This document shows positions 45,706-59,020 of a stretch of 64,000 bases of DNA, piece after piece. The stretch is from the NCBI GenBank assembly GCA_051362555.1, contig CM120647.1, forward strand, positions 5,642,001 to 5,706,000, in the 5' to 3' direction. The notes under the pieces were generated by a model that searched no databases, was not told the DNA's origin, and worked only from the letters and a program-made list of their open reading frames with translations. The stretch's first letter is position 1. Each line of letters begins with the position of its first letter. This DNA comes from Lingula anatina (Eukaryota; Animalia; Brachiopoda). The position numbers were made by a program, and so were the translations under genes.

Positions 45706-47465
45706 GAATCAAACATTTTTGTAAAATACAGACATGAATGAAACATAAGTTTTAGTTTAAAATTTTATACACAAAAATTCCAGTTTCTTTAAGCCAGCTT
45801 TTTTCAACATCTCCCTCACTTTATTAAACAAAATGTGTTTATTGTTCATTACTTTGGGGTCTCCTGCATAGGCATCCGGGAGAGACAACTTGCGGTTAGC
45901 TGCAAGCAACACTTTGAGTTTTCTTACTGAGCCAGGTACGGCGTCATCAGTTTTGGTTTCAGGACTAGAATGAGGGCCAAAAGTAGATCTCTATTCATTT
46001 GCAGATGCAATTTCAAATCTAATGTAGTGTCCGAAATGGTGTACAGTCTCACATATCTTCATATTTAACATCACAAGATCCCCTGTCTCTGTTTTGTTCC
46101 TGCTTAATTGTAGCAGACACACTGCAATCCCTCAGTTTTTCTGGAAATGTCCATTGCGTACCCACAGGAATGGATCCATTTTTTATCCCATTATATAACT
46201 CCCATGATGGTACAGACCTCTGAAAAACCATCAAAGATATTTCACGGTAAGATGACTTTCAGTCCATGGCGTATTTGGACAGATTTTTAAAAGTGATTGT
46301 CTTTGATTTCACTCTAGTTAATATTTAAATGCATCTAAACTGAATCTGTCTGATCTTTCCCAGACTCCTAGTGATTGTCACGTATAATTCATGAATAAAG
46401 ATTGTGTGATGATCCTCTCCTTACGTTCACGCACTGTGCTAGGCAAGTGTCTCTTTGCATGAATAATTGAATCTCCTAATGGAAAAAAACTGGTTTTAAC
46501 ATGAAATCCTTATAGTTCTTATGCAGTCTTCTTTGCAATTCTTTGCATATTAGTGAAAAAATGTAAAAATAACCAAAAGGGAATTACTTTTTTTTCTTTT
46601 TCAGGACAGGAATCTGCCTACAACCTGATTACAATTATCATATTGATAATGAAACTTAACTCAAAACAACAATATCTTCCAAATATTTGGGCTTTTTAGT
46701 CGCCTCTTTGGTCTCACAGCTTCCTCCTCAGCTACAACTGCCTGATCACTTTCCTTTTCCTCTTCTTGGAATTGAACATCCTACGGTTCTTGTTTAACAG
46801 TTTCAGATTGATCAATCTCTAATGTTTTTCCTGACAGGATCTCATCTTTTCTGTTCTTGGGTCTGAATTCTGCTGATTTTGTTGCACTTTCTGGAATTTC
46901 TGGAATTGAATAACGTCGTCTGCTTTGTTTATGACACTGTTGCAGAGTTTAAATTGGCTAGCATATCTGCACACTGTTCTTCCATCTGTTATTCTTCAGC
47001 CAGTTATATGGTGTTATGCCTTCGAGGCCGAGTGCCATATGAAGGTACAAATAACAATGTACTTACTGGTGTCCTAGAGTCAATGGTGAGCAAAGACAGA
47101 TCATCAAACATCAACGAGAAGCCCAAAGAAGAGACCCCAAAGAGCCAAGAGCACAGACCACAAGAGCCAAAAAGACCGCAAAGAAGCCTCAAAAGAGACC
47201 GATTTATTTCAAGTCACACCTTATATACATGTTCAGATAGTATACGTTTACCAATCAGAACCAATTATACAGTGAACAGTTTTACCTTTAAGTTACCAAT
47301 CACGGGAAAGATTCAAACTTGCGCACCGGACTGTACTTTACTTATAGAGACATCTACCGGCAGCAATTTAAAACAATCTCAACTAACGCAATACATCGTC
47401 ACACTGGGAATCTTTTATTTCTGAATAGTCAAGTTTTATCCTTACTGCTTTTCCCCATAGTGCAT

Positions 47466-48030
47466 TGTAAGGTGCTAGTCCTGCGGCGTTTATAGCATGG
47501 CAACAATGACAAAGATGATTAGTTTTCCAAAAGTTTATTCAGTTCAGTTGTGGCATATAAAGTCATTTAACGGCCTGACGGTGGCATAATAAGGTATATA
47601 AAAAGAAGGCATATGTAATAAGATGGCATGTATAAGGCCCCTGAAAAAGTACAAAGAGTATATTTTAATAAGGCCTATTTCACAAAGCTACATACATACT
47701 GAAACTGAATGCGAGACAAATATCGGTATCATAAGACAACTATTAGTACTTTCGCTGTCACAACAAGATAGCGCTTGTATTTTCTTATATAATGTTATCT
47801 TTTATAATAAATAACTCTGAATATGATACATTATAAGTAAATACTAACCCTGACAGACAACTTCGGACAAAGCCTAGAGCACACAACCTCACACCACACA
47901 CGTGCCTCTTCGTCTCTGCACACACAGTGAATGAATACTAATACAAAGTCAAATTCACCACTTGACTTCCGGAGTTACTGGAAGTTACATAAACTGCTAA
48001 ATATTCATGAGTGGCTTGTCACTTGTCACA
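47466..48030 (-). mobile_element. LTR-like repeat, copy 1
   Basis: TG...CA bounded. About 535 bp closely match 55421-55958 in the same orientation. Confidence 0.75.
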
Positions 48031-48760
48031 CAATCCTTCTCTCTCTTTCAGACAGTAAGAGAGTTGCCCCTCTCTTCTCTTTGTCGGTGCTTTTCTGCTT
48101 TAGTGTTGAGAGACCTTTAATTGTCTCAGAAGCGGTCATTTGGAACTCTGCTTCCTGATTTATAAATTCTTGTAGGCTCAGCACACTCTTCGCATCGTTT
48201 TTCATTCACCCATCGGTAGTACTTGGTCAGTAGTGCTTCATCTAGCTTGCGTTGGATGTTGATATAGAGGGAGCCACCTCCTAGCTCACTCTTCTGTCCA
48301 GCTTCCATTATGTTCACTACTATTGAGTCCAATAGCTCAGCTAACAGTTCTATGTCTCTAGGGTGGTTGTCTCGGACTTGTCTGAATCTGTCCAATTCTT
48401 CCAATCTCAAGGTGATTTGTCTACGTTTTCCACCACACTTTCTTTCTAATCTCTCCATTGCTACGTTGTAAGCTGTAGCTGAATAACCAAGGTTCTCGAC
48501 AACTTTTAATGCTTCACCTTGAAGGCTGTTATGTAATCGTAGGAGCTTGTAGTCTGGAGTGAAGGTAGTGCGATCCACACACGTCAGGAATGCTACTTTC
48601 CAGCCCTCGTATGTTTTCTTATCACCATTAAACTTAGGAATATGTTCCCTTTCTAGAAGCCTTGATGAGTCAAAACTGACTGCCTCTTCTGTGCTTGAGT
48701 CTTGGACACGTCTGATTCTTCTTTACTCAAGTTCTTACTGACCTTACACATCTGCTTAGG
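48031..48760 (-). mobile_element. BEL/Pao gag fragment (DUF1759-like)
   Basis: IPKFNGDKKTYEGWKVAF..CVD.....YKLLRLHNSLQGEALKVVENLG...Y..AMERLERK.GG. Confidence 0.85.
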
Positions 48761-49213
48761 ACTAGAGGTTGACCTGGTTAACATGAGGTCATTCATGATC
48801 TTTTCCAGATCTCTGTAACACTTCTAATTCAGCAGTAGTGGCTGCAATTTTATCTACTTCTCTCCACCTGTCCATGTGGTTAAGTAGTTCATCACAACTT
48901 ATTACATACTGTTCAAAAACCAATGTTCTTGAAATTTCTGCCTGATTATAGTTTTTTCTATCTTTTGGGACATATTTTGTATCCAGTTTTCAAACTCACT
49001 CGCTGCAGCTACAAAGGCTGTTCTGGCCAGCATCTTCTTTGTTTTCAAACTCATGGTCAATTTAGACTGGCTGTCTACTGTAGTACCTTTTAAAACTTAT
49101 GATGTTCTTTAAAAAGTTCAACCTAGCTCTGCTTCCAAACAATGTTCCGGATTTATCCTCCGGTGCGGTAAAAATTAAAGCACATGTGTTAATATTCTTC
49201 CTTTGTTCTATCA

Positions 49214-50975
49214 CAGTGTTCTCAATAATTTTTTTAAAATCCGAGTCCATGGGACTCACATGTTTGACAAAATGTGAGTCCCATGTAAATTTTCCGAGTC
49301 CTTCTCTTGAAGAAGAAAAAAAAATAAGTACCATTTAGAATTGCACAAATGTGTTTATTGAAATACATGTGACAGGTCAAAATTATGTAAAAATATAGCA
49401 AAATAAAAATATAACATCTTACAAAACATCTTTTTAAAAATAAAATTCTGCAGACTCATTGTACCAGGACTAGTCTACTAGAGAACGAAACTCAGTAAGT
49501 TTCTGTCAAATAAAACCAGTACTTTTCTGTTTTAGAAATATTGACTTTAAAACTACTTTGAATGCTTCCAAGATGGCAACAACAGCCTGTTCCAGGGAGA
49601 GCCAGCGAACAGCCAAAGGTTGCTTCAGTGTGAGAAACTGGTCATCTTCCATCAGATCATATACAGCTCGGAGTCTGTTGTATCTTACCGCAGAATTTTG
49701 GAAGAACTGGTAGACTGCATTGACTGTTTCTTGGTAGGATTTAATTTGTTCCACTGAAGCCGCAGCTTGACCCACTGCTAAGGCCAGTTTGTGAGCCAGA
49801 CAATGAATATGTACAAGATATGGATTTCTGCCCTTTAACTGTACTCCCACACCTGTTCGCCGGCCAGTCATCACAGCAGCTCCATCACTACCCAGACCCA
49901 TGACTTTAGAAGCTGAAATGTTGTATCCTTCCATCCACTGTTCAATTGCAGCCACAATTGTATCAGCTTTCCCATCTGGGACATTCAGGTTGGCAGAGAA
50001 AGAAGTTCTGGCTTTTCCACCTACAACAGTCTGGACATAAATAATCAATTTTTTAAAAATTGCAATGTCGCAACTTTCATCCACTTGAATGCCTATGTAT
50101 TTACTTTTCTCTATGGGATTTTTCATGTCATCCTCAATAGTATCTGACAGACACTGAACCATTTCATTTACCACTCCAGCTGACGTATAGTGTCCCTTCA
50201 TTGACTGAAGTAGGCAAAGGTCCGGGTAGAGATTTAGAGCCAAGTTATGAGATACCAAAAAGTACACAGTTTTCATCTGATGACCGAGGTTGTCATCTGT
50301 TTTTTGTTCTGCTGTGGATATAGCCCGCTGTAGAGCTGACTGGCCCTTAAGAGTAGAAGCCGCTTGCTTATGTTGTTCGGACTGCACGTGTCGAACAAGT
50401 GTAGATCTCTGGTAATCACTGCATCCCGGATCAGTTGTAAAAACGTTACTCTTCTTGGCACGTTTACAAATGGAGCAAAACATAAAGTTGTCCGTGACAT
50501 AAAGCCAGTCTTTAAAACTGGGATCTTCCAGCCAGGTTTTGTTGAAAGTCCGGATCTTTTTTTTAGCATGGGACTGCGCCATTTTGAGACATTACAACCA
50601 CCTGCATTCGGCACACCTCGGTCTTTTTCGTCAGGGATAACCTCGGCCGTAATGAGCGCCATTTTGCTTATTGCGTCATTCGGTAGATGGCGCACTAAGT
50701 GACGTGACAGGCCCAGCAAACTACCAAACACGGTGTGTTTTTGTAAATTAATACGCTAGTTTCACCAATCACATCACTCATTCTGTATAATTTCCGTGGT
50801 CACTAAGATAATCATCCCTTTCAGTTGTTGTTTTTTTTATCTCTCCCACTAATCACCCGCCTAAACAGGACCGCATTTTTTTTCGTCCCTGGGACGAAAG
50901 GGTGTTGATTATTTTACGTCCTTTTTAATTTCATTGCGTTTTTTACATATTGGGACGCCGTAAATGAGAACACTG
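49214..50975 (-). mobile_element. Internally deleted hAT element (ZNF862-like transposase, ORF 49506-50582) with TIRs and 5-bp TSD
   Basis: TIRs CAGTGTTCTCA / TGAGAACACTG with TATCA on both flanks. The ORF has a TTF-type Zn finger (F...W....WL...MFCSIC...H..S..H) plus DESCD, GSDGAAVM.G, HCLAHKLAL and VRWLS. No C-terminal dimerisation domain. Confidence 0.92.
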
Positions 50976-51083
50976 TATCATATTTCTGTTTTATTCCCAC
51001 AATACATTAAAAAAGTTCCTGTAACAACAGGTGTTTCACTTTAACTGTCACAGAGTAGGCAATGTCTTTCAAACAAACTCAAA

Positions 51084-52110
51084 TCATGAGAGGGTAAAGT
51101 TTTTAGTGTTTTTCTCTAGAACATGGTGTAATGACACCCAGACGTCTGACCCTTTCCTGAACACGAAGACAAAGTGTAAGTGTATTCTGCATAGCTCCCT
51201 GAGAATTTCTTGAAGAAGGCTGGGTGGACTAAAGAACGATTGCTGATCATCAATCAGTGCATGTATCTTCTGCTTGTTCTTTGTATCCTTCTTGTTGTGG
51301 AGAATAGCTGGGACTACTTTAGCACATGATTTTCCTCCATGGAAATCTTCACATACTTTGGAACATGCTGTACTCACCGACTCCTCCCCACCATGATCTG
51401 GTCTGGGACTTGGGTGCATGGCAGAGGTATGTCTATCACTATCACACTGTGCGCATCTGACTTCTACCACACAACTGCCCCATGTATGTCCTGGTTTACA
51501 TGGTGTAGTGTTTCTTCACACACTGTCTGCATCAGCCTGGGTTGTGGCATTCTTGGCCACGATGTGATTTGTTCGAACAATTAAAGCACAGGCTTCTAGC
51601 TTTAGCAAATTCTCTTCTTTCTTCAGTTGTCTTGTTATGAAACTGTGTGCACTTTGATATGGTATGGTTTTCCTGGAATAAACAACAACTTTCAGACTAA
51701 GTGCACTTGATTTGCAGGGCTAGGCTTCTTTTGGTAAGCTGAAACAGTAGATGTATTACTTGCAGTATTATGCACTATGGCCTTTTTTCTTGGAGGATCT
51801 ACTTGAAGGCAATTTTTTTACGGTATATGTCATAATCTTCACCTCTCTCTGTACAAAGTCAACAAGTGTCTCAAAGGTCACCTTTAAACCTTTTTTCTTC
51901 TTGAAAGCATGCGTCCTCCATCTGACTTGCATTGGTGGCAGCAATTTGTGTGCAAGCTTCTTAATATTCTCTGGGTATTTGAGTATGGCGACTGTAGCAA
52001 TTGATCCCTCCACATAATAGCATTCTTGTAAGAAAATCCCATAATTGTCTTAAGCAGATATATTGCCTGGCTTTATATTGGACCACTGTGTTACCCTTTT
52101 TGCCAATCAA
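51084..52110 (-). mobile_element. BEL/Pao gag zinc-knuckle and protease-start fragment
   Basis: KLLPPMQVRW...FETLVDFVQRE, CCLF..NHT...C, C.QC.S.RH..AMH and SCAKVVPA...HALIDDQ. Confidence 0.75.
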
Positions 52111-52452
52111 AAACTAGCTGCTCAAATGAATACGCCATTTGTGTCTCGCACAATTAAATGTTTGTGTCTCGCACAAGTATCTGGTTTGTACAGTCTCTGC
52201 ACTTCTGACACCATGTGATATAAACGAAATGTGTCATGCCGCCATGCTGGAGCTCACATGTGCGTCTTTATTCATGTCGCTTATGTCAAACTCAAATAAT
52301 ACAAGGTCGCTTATATCAAATATGTTACACAAACTAGATCTTTTGCCAACTTAACTGATATTGATTATGAAGCTAAAGCATTATTAGTATGTGAAGATTA
52401 AACAGAATTCTGTACTGAGCGTACTTGGTCCACGTATCATCAGGCACCCATC

Positions 52453-52920
52453 TTTCTTTAATAGCCTTCATGGCGCCAGTGTTGGTAACATTAGGTGGCC
52501 ACAGAACCTCATCGTCCACCACCCAGTGGGAAGGAATAACCTCCTCTACCTCCTCACTGTTCTCCTCCCAAATAACTCTACTCCACATCTGTAATAAACA
52601 GCAAAAGTTTTCTTTAATAGCCTTCATGGTGCCAGTGTTGGTAACATTAGGTGGCCACAGAACCTCATCGTCCACCACCCAGTTGGAAGGAATCACCTCC
52701 TCTACCTCCTCACTGTTCTCCTCCCAAATAACTCTACTCCACATCTGTAATAAACAGCAAAGGTTTTCTTTAATAGCCTTCATGGCGCCAGTGTTGGTAA
52801 CATTAGGTGGCCACAGAACCTCATCGTCCACCACCCAGTTGGAAGGAATCACCTCTTCTACCTCCTCACTGTTCTCCTCCCAAATAACTCTACTCCACAT
52901 CTGTAATAAACAGCAAAAGT
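52453..52920 (-). repeat. 156-bp tandem repeat (3 copies) of an acceptor plus exon start from a probable DNA-transposon accessory gene
   Basis: Period 156 nt (52561, 52717, 52873). Each unit is TGTTTATTACAG|ATG then MWSRVIWEENSEEVEEVIPSNW......WPP. Confidence 0.85.
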
Positions 52921-53109
52921 CTTATCTACATGCAGACCATTATTCTTGTTAAAGATTTGTTTTAACATTAAAATCTGATGCTGTAAATTTTATAAAAAAA
53001 CTTTTTTTGCAAACTCAATCCACTAGAGGTAAAAGAGTGAGAGTAGAAGGCAACTAGGTATCAGAAAAACAATAAAGAAAGTGAATCATAACACACACAA
53101 GACACTGTA

Positions 53110-53470
53110 TGACCATGTAATACATCTAAAGCCTCTTCAATTCTTGGCAGAGGGTATGCATCATGATGTGTTTTTGCATTAAGTTCCCTATAACAACACA
53201 CATTTGAAGTCACCTGTTTTCCTACATACCAATACAATTGGAGCAGCATAACGACTATGTGAGTCTCTGATAATACCTCTTTCCTTCCATTGCTTTAAAT
53301 ACTGTCTCGATTCTTCCCAATGCTGAGGAGGAACTCTTCTATATGGAATACGGACTGGTACATCGTCTTTGGTTCTTATGTTATGTTTCACTTTCCGGCA
53401 TAAACCAATTTCATCATCATGCTTGCTAAAAACAGTATCATATTTTACAATTAAGTCAATCAGCAGTCTT
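53110..53470 (-). mobile_element. Gypsy reverse transcriptase N-terminal fragment
   Basis: KHNIRTKDDVPVRIPYRRVP...GIIRDSHSRYAAPIVLV and YRELNAKTHHDAYPLPRIEEALD. Confidence 0.9.
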
Positions 53471-54229
53471 TTACTTTCCTCAACAAGTTGTAATGAACCT
53501 TTTACATATGCCTATGATGAATGTCCTGAACTTATATAATTTTGAACGCTTAATTCAAGCGTGGGCTCGAAATAGGACATTACGTTTTCGTCTAACTTAG
53601 TGGATAACGCAATCCAAAGATTCCCCGGTTCGTGTCAGATTTACGTATGGTAGCGCAAAGAAAACCCAAGTCCACATAATGACCAGTTAAATGATTTATT
53701 CGTTGACGCTAGGTAACTACATGATATTCTAAGTGAAGTCCCCAACTCCTAACTCGTCAGCTCCGTACTCTGTCGCTTCCAATCTCCTCCTCCGCTGCTT
53801 CCTTCTACATCACTCCAGTATATCTCTCCGTATCCCTCTCCCCGTTCAATTCTCATCACTTACTTTAAATACTATTTTGTTATCTTTACATGGATCCAGT
53901 GCTGCACTAGTATGAGATGTACGTCAAACATAATTACCTTTAATTGTATAATAAATTTCTTTACTCCGGCGTCATACATAGAGACCGCCGCATTACTCAA
54001 AAACTATTGCACTATAACACATTACGTCATACGACTTCATATGATCTTTATGTCGGACCCGACATAACCCATTTAAAAATCCTGAATTTGTGGACAGTTT
54101 CTAAGTAAATGTTCTTCTGAGCCACACTTAAAAAATTTCTTCACCTCAGATTATCTACCATATCGGTTGCTGTGTCGGCCTCTACCTCTACTTTGACCTC
54201 TACCTCTTACTTCTCTTAATTACCATGTC

Positions 54230-55958
54230 ACGCTGACCTCGAAATTGCCCTCTCATTAACTCATTTATTTGTTGCTGTTGCTGCAAAAGTTGTTTAGATT
54301 GCTGAGCTATTTGTTTATTTTGTTCTTGGACTAATTTTAAAATTTCATTATTTTGTACAGCAGACTCTTGGAGAGTACCTGTTTCTGTCTGACTCTGATC
54401 ACTCCTACCAACCCAGTCAATTGCTCTATCTCTAAGATCAAAAAAATGACAACCTTGGTTGTTCTAAATTTAGTCTTCTTAACTCCCTTTTTAAACTGTT
54501 GTCTCTAACACATTCCGCAAATCTACCTTTCAGTGTATTATTTCTGTCAACCAAGAATTCTTCCCTGATAACACAAAGTTCAACCAATTTTAGTGAACAT
54601 GACAGCAGATCTTCTTAACTACCTTGTTTGTACTCATAAAAACGTTGCTGAAGAACAGGCAGTATGTCGCCATCCCCAAAAACTTCGAAAATTTTCTCTG
54701 GGTTTGTGCTAATTTCTATCCCTCTACCAATTATTTCTTTCCTAGCTTTACCAGCTAAATGACTAACAATGAAAGCGGCAGCTTCTTCCCTATCTTTAAA
54801 TTTTCTGGTATTGAGGTGAGCTTTTATATCTTGTACCCATTCTTTTATTTCTACATCATCAGGAGATGAAGGCTTATCTTTAAAACATGCTATTCTTCTT
54901 GAGGGGAGATATACTGGTAACATGTTTGATCAGTAAAACCTTCAGACCTTAACTCTTTTTTAATTTCTGACTTTAGTTTTTCTTTACTCTCTGCCATTTT
55001 TATTCAACCCAACTAACAACATGCAATATTCTAACTCAGTTGACTGATGTAATGTTAAACTAAACTAAACAAAACAAAACTAAACTATAACATATAATAC
55101 TACTACAACTGATAAACAATGAGAACATATACAATATTTACAATACATTTATTCACTGAGGTTGCTGAAGTTGCTGACCCTATCCTGAAACCATAGAGTT
55201 CACTTGCCCTGTACTGAATTCACATAGATCACTGGCTCTGATTCACTGGCTCAATGACATCACTAGCCCTGAACTGAATTCACGCAGGTCACTGGCTCTG
55301 GTTCACTGGCTCAAGGATGGGCGGGTGGGCTAACTACATGTATGCCTTAAATATGCCATGTGCCATACTATCCTACCCTGCTCGCAGCGCCAAATGTAAC
55401 CGAGTGTTTTTATATTTTCATAGCATGGCAACAATGACAAAGATTATTAGTTTTTCAAAAGTTTATTCAAATCAATTGTGGCATATAAAGTCATTTAACG
55501 GCCTGACGGTGGCATAATAAGGTATATAAAAAGAAGGCATATGTAAGAAGATGGCATACATAAGGCCCCTGAAAAAGTACAAAGAGTATATTTTAATAAG
55601 ACCTATTTCACAAAGCTACATACATACTGAAACTGAACCGCGAGACAAATATCAGTATCATCAGACAACTACTAGTACTTACGCTGTCACAAAAGATAGC
55701 GCTTGTATTTTCTTACATAATGTTATCTTTTATAATGAATAACTCTGAATATGATACATTATAAGTAAATACTAACCCTGACTGACAACTTCGGACAACG
55801 CCTAGAGCACACAACCGCACACAACACACGTGCGTCTTGGTCTCTGCACACACAGTGAATGAATACTAATACAAGGTCAAATTCACCACGTGACTTCCGG
55901 AGTTACCGGAAGTTACATAAACTGCTAAATATTCATGAGTGTCTTGTCACTTGTCACA
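54230..55958 (-). mobile_element. 5' part of a Gypsy element: LTR (55958-55395), PBS, leader and gag
   Basis: LTR TGTGAC...TTACA, then TGGCGCTGCGAGCAGG at 55392-55377 (complementary to a tRNA-Ser-like 3' end). Gag ORF ...EWVQDIKAHL...FIVSHLAGKARKEI at 54615-54923. Confidence 0.8.
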
Positions 55959-57789
55959 TAAACTTAACTGTCTTTCTAGAAGCAACACCAACTTGTGAAT
56001 AGGGTGTTCTAGTATGGTGACTTGAGATAAGGGTATGCCCTTTGTAGAGAGAGCGCAGTGTTACCAACTTGAACCTTAAAGGGATAATAACTCTTCCTAT
56101 GAGGTCTATATTTCACAATAAAAACATTGTGAATAACTCATAGAAATAAAATATATTCTGTTTTACGACAAAAACAGCAGTTATAGCTATTATTCTGATA
56201 TCTGAGCTTGTCTTCAGACCACGTGACCTGCATAGATGGCTATACTCTGTTATAATCTCTTAAAAGATTTTAACAAAAAAAAAAAAAAAACTTTTTAGTA
56301 AAAAACCGGGGACTAACTTTGAATGTAAAAATGGATTCATTAAGCATTGGTAAGTATAGGAAAATTGTTGTTTACTCCAGGAAAATTCATTTTTTGGCCA
56401 AAACGAAGAGTTATTATCCCTTAAACTCTGTGGACTAGGGAATCAATCTACAAAACAAAACAAAAAAAAAAAAAAAAAAAAAACGCTTTCTGCAAGTGCT
56501 GAGAATATCTTCCACCAGGTAATAGTTTATACAATCAACTACCACACAAAAATTCAAAGACTATAAATCTATTGTAAATACCTCTTTCATTTAGAATTCT
56601 GAAATATGAAAATGGAAATATTAAATAAATAATGAAAAAATTATTTGGCTTTCTTACTCAATTTTTAATATTTCTTTTAGTATCAGTTGATCACTTTCTA
56701 ATCTATATAGTAATTATCAGTCTTACAATAAGTTTTCAAATGAAATTACAACATTTTCACATTACTTATTTAAAATAATAGCACAAGTTTGTGCTGCAAG
56801 TTTTATTACCTTTTATCCTCTGCTTCCTCATCTGGAGTTATTATTGATGTCCTGTTGGTGTTTGTGAAGTTTACAGGCTCAAGCTCATCATCACCACTAC
56901 TCTCTTCTGTTTCTTGGCAATCATTCTAAAGAGATGGACATTTATTTTCTCATCTCGTTATTTAACACTCTTCTAAACAATTCTGAATCATGAAAATTAA
57001 TTAGTCTTTGGCAGAAAAATGTGCTAAATTCAAATGAACTTGAGTGGACTAGGACGTAAGCGTAACAATACATACAAGAAACTTGGATTTTGATTGGCTG
57101 TTTTCGATGCGACGGGTCGCTGGACAATGTTGTATTTCAATATAATCGATGACAATGGATTTTCCGCCAGGAGAATTATTTTTTCCCCATCGAAAAGATT
57201 GAAGAATTACCATACTTAAATATGACTTCGGAGACCTTTAACCTTGATCAATCTATGGCAGCTTTGGCAGGTGTTATACTCTGCTGTTCCATCATCATAT
57301 TCCTTGAGCGGGAAATTTTTTGGGATTGGCCGAATATAAATTCGACCAGAGGTTACTATCTTCAGGAGATCACACTCACAAAATTCTGATATAAAAACTT
57401 CAAGTTTGGTCCTGGAACCCTCACCATTTTTGAGCAGCTCAATGCTGCCGATTCCAGCTAATTTTGAAAATGTGCTGAATAAGATAATAATAAAAATTAC
57501 TGAATTCCTTAGAACAGAATTGAGGTCCATTGTCACTAATGACAGTAGATGGTATTCCATATCTGGAGAAATGTCATTTTAAATACTTAATAACACTCTT
57601 GGAAGAGGTGTCTGTGAGTTTATCACATTCCCAGAATGAATCCAATGTAGTAATCCACAGAAATCAAAAAGTCATGATTCTCCACAGTGAAAAGGTCAAG
57701 ACCTAATTTTTCATAAGGTGCTTGAGGATCAATGGGAGTAAGAGTTATATATATATATTTACACACAATTATAACTAATAAATAAATAA

Positions 57790-57900
57790 AAAACAAGAGA
57801 CATGTAATAACCCCTACTCGTAAGTTTCACGGGCATACCCAGAAGGTATGCCCGATCGTTAGGAGATTTATTTGAAAATAGTTTTTTAGCTGTTTATGTG
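57790..57900 (+). repeat. Dispersed repeat terminus with hairpin GGGCATACC-CAGAA-GGTATGCCC
   Basis: Near-identical copy at ~61920-62025. It starts AACAAG after an A-rich tract, like a Helentron-type end. Confidence 0.7.
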
Positions 57901-58424
57901 GATGGCGTGATGACATTTACGTCACGTGCTGGTCCAGCCTGGGCGAAAACAGATCTGGGCCAGATGACCATTTTTAGCTGGGATATGGATTGCACGAACA
58001 TGGGGCTGCTTGTGGATTCTTTTTAGATAGATGAATAATTAAGATGTTGAATCTAATGTGTTATTTACGTCAATTGATGCCGCAGATCCTGTTGTTTATA
58101 AAAAAAAAAATCAACCTAAATTGAATTTGATACTACTACGGACGACTGATTGACTGGCTGTTTTTCCAGCTGTTTTCACAGAGTATTTCTACCGACAGTG
58201 TCTAAAAGTGATTCAGTGGAATCTTAACACCCTATATATTCCTCTGCAGTATGTTAAACTTGAAAGAAATAAGCGTAAATCTATTAAATTCGATACGTTT
58301 CTTACCTACGTGTAATCACTGATTCATACGTAGTGCCGTATGACTTATGACTTGTCCTTGAGAAAAACTACGCACAAAGTGATGACGTCGCACATTAAAC
58401 GTCGTATGGAAGGCCTTGCCAAAA

Positions 58425-59020
58425 CTTTCTATTGTGTCAGCAACCAACAAATCTTTCCCTTTCTTGTATACCAGTCTGATGCGGTATGGTTGCAGCTGTA
58501 GTAGCATTCGTTGCAGTCTTACTGGTGCACTTGGTAGTGGCTTTTTCCGTATGGAGATCAGTGGTTATTGGTCAGTTTCAATGGTTATGCCCTTGCCATA
58601 TATATATTCTCGGAATTTTGCGCATGCAAAAACTACTGCAAGAAGTTCCTTCTCAATTTGGGCATAGCGTTTCTCTGCGTCTGACATTGCTCTGGATGCA
58701 TATGCCACTGGTTTCCCATTCTGTAGACATGCAGCTCCTAAGCCTGCTTGTGAAGCATCACAGGTCAGTGTGACTTCCTTGGAAGCATCATAGTATGCTA
58801 AACAGGAATCCCGACTTATCTCCTGCTCAATTGCTTCTAAGGCTGTGTCATGTGCATGGTTCCAAACAAAGGAGTTATCGTTGCGTAGAAGTTCATTAAG
58901 TGGTGCGCACTTCTCACTAAGCAGTGGAATGAACTTGGACAGGTATTTGGCCATACCTAGAAAACGTAACAACTCTGTCTTGTCTCTGGGTTTGGGCATC
59001 TCCTGGATTGCTCTGACCTT
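58425..59020 (-). mobile_element. Gypsy RT connection/RNase H fragment
   Basis: RFLGMAKYLSKFIP, LTCDASQAGLGACL.Q.GKPVAYASR, YAQIEKELLAVVF and RLQRMLLQLQPY...YKKGK...ADT. Confidence 0.92.

Noticed and set aside
46879-47424. 181-aa + strand ORF in the TE mosaic
   Set aside because: No recognisable domain and a non-ATG start. It probably spans antisense gag-like and leader sequence.
48031-48050. Polypurine tract next to the LTR copy, implying one intact provirus at 47466-55958
   Set aside because: The purine run falls within BEL gag coding sequence, the LTR ends differ and there is no TSD.
53520-54064. Possible solo LTR between the Gypsy RT and gag pieces
   Set aside because: TG..CA ends and AATAAA can be found, but I could not identify a TSD or a second copy, so the boundaries are unsupported.
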